This document shows positions 1-64,000 of a stretch of 64,000 bases of DNA, in pieces; within the stretch, counting starts at the first letter, position 1, and each line of letters opens with the position of its first letter. A program made the position numbers and the translations under genes. Location: assembly GCA_951406725.2 (NCBI GenBank), contig OX597826.1, positions 80,600,001 through 80,664,000 on the forward strand, given 5' to 3'. The DNA is from Octopus vulgaris (lineage: Eukaryota). The notes under the pieces were generated by a model. That model searched no databases and had not been told where the DNA came from. It saw nothing but the letters and a program-made list of their open reading frames with translations.

Positions 1-345
1 TGAAGAATTCCAGGCAGGGGTCCACCAAGGATCAGTCCTCAGCCCCCTCTTATTCATCATAGTCCTCCACGCAAAACAGAGGAATTCAAGACAGGATGCC
101 AGTGGCATGTAAAAAGCACCATTTGAGCGTGGTCGGTGCCAATGCCACCTGACTGGCCCCCATGCCGGTGGCACGTAAAAAGCACCCACTACACTCTCAG
201 AGTGGTTGGCATTAAGAAGGGCATCCAGGTGTAGAAACCTTGCCAGATCAGAATGGAACGTGGTGCAGCCTCCTGGTTTGCCAGTCCTCAGTCAGACCGT
301 CCAACCCATGCCAGCATGGAAAGCAGACGTTAAACAATGGTGACC
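1..345 (+). mobile_element. RTE-clade LINE remnant: RT fragment fused to the element's 3' UTR
   Basis: From position 2 reads EEFQAGVHQGSVLSPLLFIIVL (RT QGxxLSP motif), followed directly by the same 3' tail seen at 5534-6144. Confidence 0.8.
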
Positions 346-509
346 CCGATTTACAGGAATTGTAATGTCAATTCCTCTTCACCCACTCATGAACTGTCTG
401 TTCTGGTGCCATGCCTGCAATGACACAAATGCCAAGCAGTATGAGCCTTGGACAACATCAATGATGAGAGCAGGGAGTTGCAAGAATTTTGCCCAAGCCT
501 ATTGATGCA

Positions 510-573
<64 letters not shown>
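510..573. repeat. (TG)n microsatellite
   Basis: Seen directly. Confidence 0.95.
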
Positions 574-579
<6 letters not shown>

Positions 580-628
580 CATCTAAGTATTCGTTAAACT
601 GTGTATGTGTACAAAATCTATATCTCAC

Positions 629-63052
<62,424 letters not shown>

Positions 63053-64000
63053 CTAAAAGAAAAACAAAGCAGAAAGAATCTGTTCAGCTTCAAGAATATG
63101 CCATGAAAGTTTTAAGACAAGAATTTTAGAGGAAAGGATATGGAGTAGAGGGGGGGGGATGTTAACTCTTAATCTTTTCTAAGAGTATTAATGATTTACA
63201 CTATTACAGCTCTTGGAAAATTATGAGTGACATTAGTCAACATTTTCTTTCATAAGTTAGTCGGAGGAGAAAGACAAGCCAATCACCTCCAAGACTGGTG
63301 AAACTGTTGTAGCTGTTCAATCTGAACAATGGCAACAATCAGAGATATCAAAATAGACTCATGGGGTCAGGTTACTAATAAGTCTATCTACTTGAAAATA
63401 TTTGACAAACATGCATTAAAAACACCCCATTATCGATAATTAGGTGCTAGATCAATTATTTCCATTTATTCATTTCCTGAGTAGAATTGTCGATTGAACT
63501 GATATCAGTTTATTACAATTGCAACCTATTTAATCACATAACATTTGAAGGTAACATCAACCCCCCAACAGAAACTGAACCCTTAATAGTCCCAAACTAA
63601 TTACAAGCAAGGCATTTGCTCCACTGCCTTGGCTATTTTCACCACACTAACAAAAAAAGAGACTCATTATTATCTTAACAATAATTGCAGCATCGTGCTA
63701 TCTTAAAAGAAAATTCAGGCAATTATCTATTGATTTTAATATGGATGGTGAGGAGGCCAAATACAGCAATTTTTGATTTCTTTCTAACATGAAAAATAGA
63801 AAGCATATTCAAGATAAATTAATGGGTTTTTCTTTTATAAAGTAACAATTATTTTTATATTTGTAACGGATCTTTGCAAAAATTCTTTTTTTCATTTTAT
63901 ATATATTTTTTTTTGAAAAGCTGCATTTCAATTTTATGAAGTATTAATTTCCTTAAAATACTAATCAATATAAATGTAATAGCAGAATAATTTGCACTAA

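Overview
Eukaryotic, AT-rich, microsatellite- and SINE-dense DNA. It is probably an octopus (coleoid cephalopod), inferred from the repeat content and not verified. The whole window lies inside one minus-strand gene, the BLTP1/KIAA1109 (Drosophila tweek, C. elegans lpd-3, yeast Csf1) bridge-like lipid transfer protein. I hand-traced 31 GT-AG exons between 63052 and 629. They join in consistent phase (9157 nt, about 3050 aa); both gene ends lie outside the window. The introns hold 5'-truncated RTE LINEs, several tRNA-derived SINE families, ~230-bp TTAA MITEs, Helitrons, a HINE-like element, a hAT element with an intact TSD, and mariner, Tc1 and Tigger relics. The most unusual signal is three long intronic palindromes (2725-2982, 17472-17630, 54095-54387) of unrelated sequence. 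Each has a hammerhead-ribozyme-like CUGA..stem..GAAA motif starting at its axis, and several stand-alone minimal hammerheads occur elsewhere. This suggests multiple Penelope/retrozyme-type ribozyme element families that also place long dsRNA hairpins in the pre-mRNA. Most short ORFs in the supplied track are microsatellite or antisense artefacts.
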